DNA of 62,922 nucleotides, the filler included, from Choristocarpus tenellus KU-1152 (Eukaryota > Protista > Phaeophyceae): the NCBI GenBank assembly GCA_964200185.2. It is 11 parts of 11 records of this genome, joined end to end, with 100 filler letters (N's around TTAATTAATTAA, not from the genome) between each part and the next. Parts side by side here need not be neighbours in the genome. Positions count along the whole stretch, not along the records: positions 55,518 to 62,922 come from CAXNAD020006204.1; 10 more parts are not named here. The stretch is one strand, 5' to 3'. The notes beneath the pieces are model-generated. The model ran no database searches, had not been told where the DNA came from, and was given only the letters and a program-made list of their open reading frames with translations. Made by a program: the position numbers and the translations under genes. This document shows positions 62,122-62,922 of the stretch, piece after piece; position 1 is the first letter of the stretch; each line of letters starts with the position of its first letter.

Positions 62122-62308
62122 GGCTCAAAGTATCTGAGGGGGGGTGGGGGGGGGTGGTCTACACCAGAGTGTCCATTCTGGCCCTGACCAGGAGAAGTGA
62201 ATTTACATTATCCATCCGAAGCATGCGACCCAATCACCCAAAAATCGCGACATGGAAAAATGGTTCCCAAATTGGATAGCTGCTGCCCGCCCCCAGATAC
62301 TTTGAGTC
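62122..62308. mobile_element. MITE family B, full-length
   Basis: ggctcaaagtatctg ... ccccagatactttgagtc; perfect 4-bp TSD ATGA. Confidence 0.93.
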
Positions 62309-62329
62309 ATGATTCCATCCCTAAAGCCC

Positions 62330-62922
62330 TCGAGAACTCCATTCCACCAAGATATTTCGCCATATCCACTAGGAAACTTGGGGGGACCTTGCTAGCCTTC
62401 TCAGTCTTTTCCTTGCTATGATGGGGGAATTTTGAAGACATTGTTACCCTTGGACTGCTACACCATAGACTGTGAAGAGGCTCGACCAGACGCACTCTAG
62501 TGTCTCCTGGTATACATCTATACGATTCCATTGTGGTCTCCGCCAGCTCCTCTGTTGGCCACCCCCACATCTTCCTTCAGTTACTGGGTGGAATGAAAGA
62601 ACCCCAGGTCGTTGATGTTGAGGTCAGGTAGGTTGGTTGGGTGTGTTTCTATAACAACGTTGTCCCCTGTCACCTCCTCGATTGCCTCCATGATCCCCCC
62701 CTTGGTGTGTGGTTTTGACTCATCTTGCTGCACGAAGAAGATGCATCCTTCCGGCCTAGGCATGTGTCCCTTGATTGTTGGGATGACATCCTCGATCATG
62801 TGCTTCAAATACCTCTCCCCGTCCACTGTGGCTGGCACAAGTGTTTCAGGCACCCCCGAAAGCTTACCTCCACAGGATGAATAACTCCAATCTACGGGCC
62901 TATAGATGATACTGATGCACGT
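62330..62922 (-). mobile_element. Decayed Tc1/mariner transposase, plant-mariner (DD39D-like) type
   Basis: VIPTIK..MP...FVQQDESKPH ... HPTNLPDLNINDLGFFHSTQ resembles QQDNA.PH...QPPNSPDLNVLDLGFF; an in-frame stop and frameshifts follow. Confidence 0.85.

Overview
Eukaryotic, intron-rich genomic DNA, most likely a stramenopile such as a brown alga or close relative (inferred from gene and transposon types and interstitial TTAGGG). It is not continuous: ten artificial 100-bp linkers (44N-TTAATTAATTAA-44N) join 11 apparently unrelated short contigs. Most ORFs in the supplied track are spurious; real genes had to be rebuilt by hand from splice sites and reading phase, and family calls come from motif recognition, not searches. 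Complete genes: a histidine phosphatase/PGM-like gene (6 exons, 218 aa) and an NSDHL/ERG26-like SDR that lacks its catalytic motifs and is fused to a C-terminal cytochrome b5 (4 exons, 461 aa). Partial genes: ACSBG-type acyl-CoA synthetase, G3BP-like RRM protein, a CaaX-terminated coiled-coil protein, SCFD2/MIP3-like Sec1 protein, patatin/iPLA2-gamma-like lipase, a protein with one LxxxWxR[IL]C repeat per exon, a PhoD-like phosphatase and two unknowns. Mobile DNA: a decayed Ty3/Gypsy pol, a plant-type mariner transposase relic and two related MITE families. The strongest novelty candidates are the pseudo-NSDHL-cytochrome b5 fusion and the exon-repeat Trp/Cys protein.
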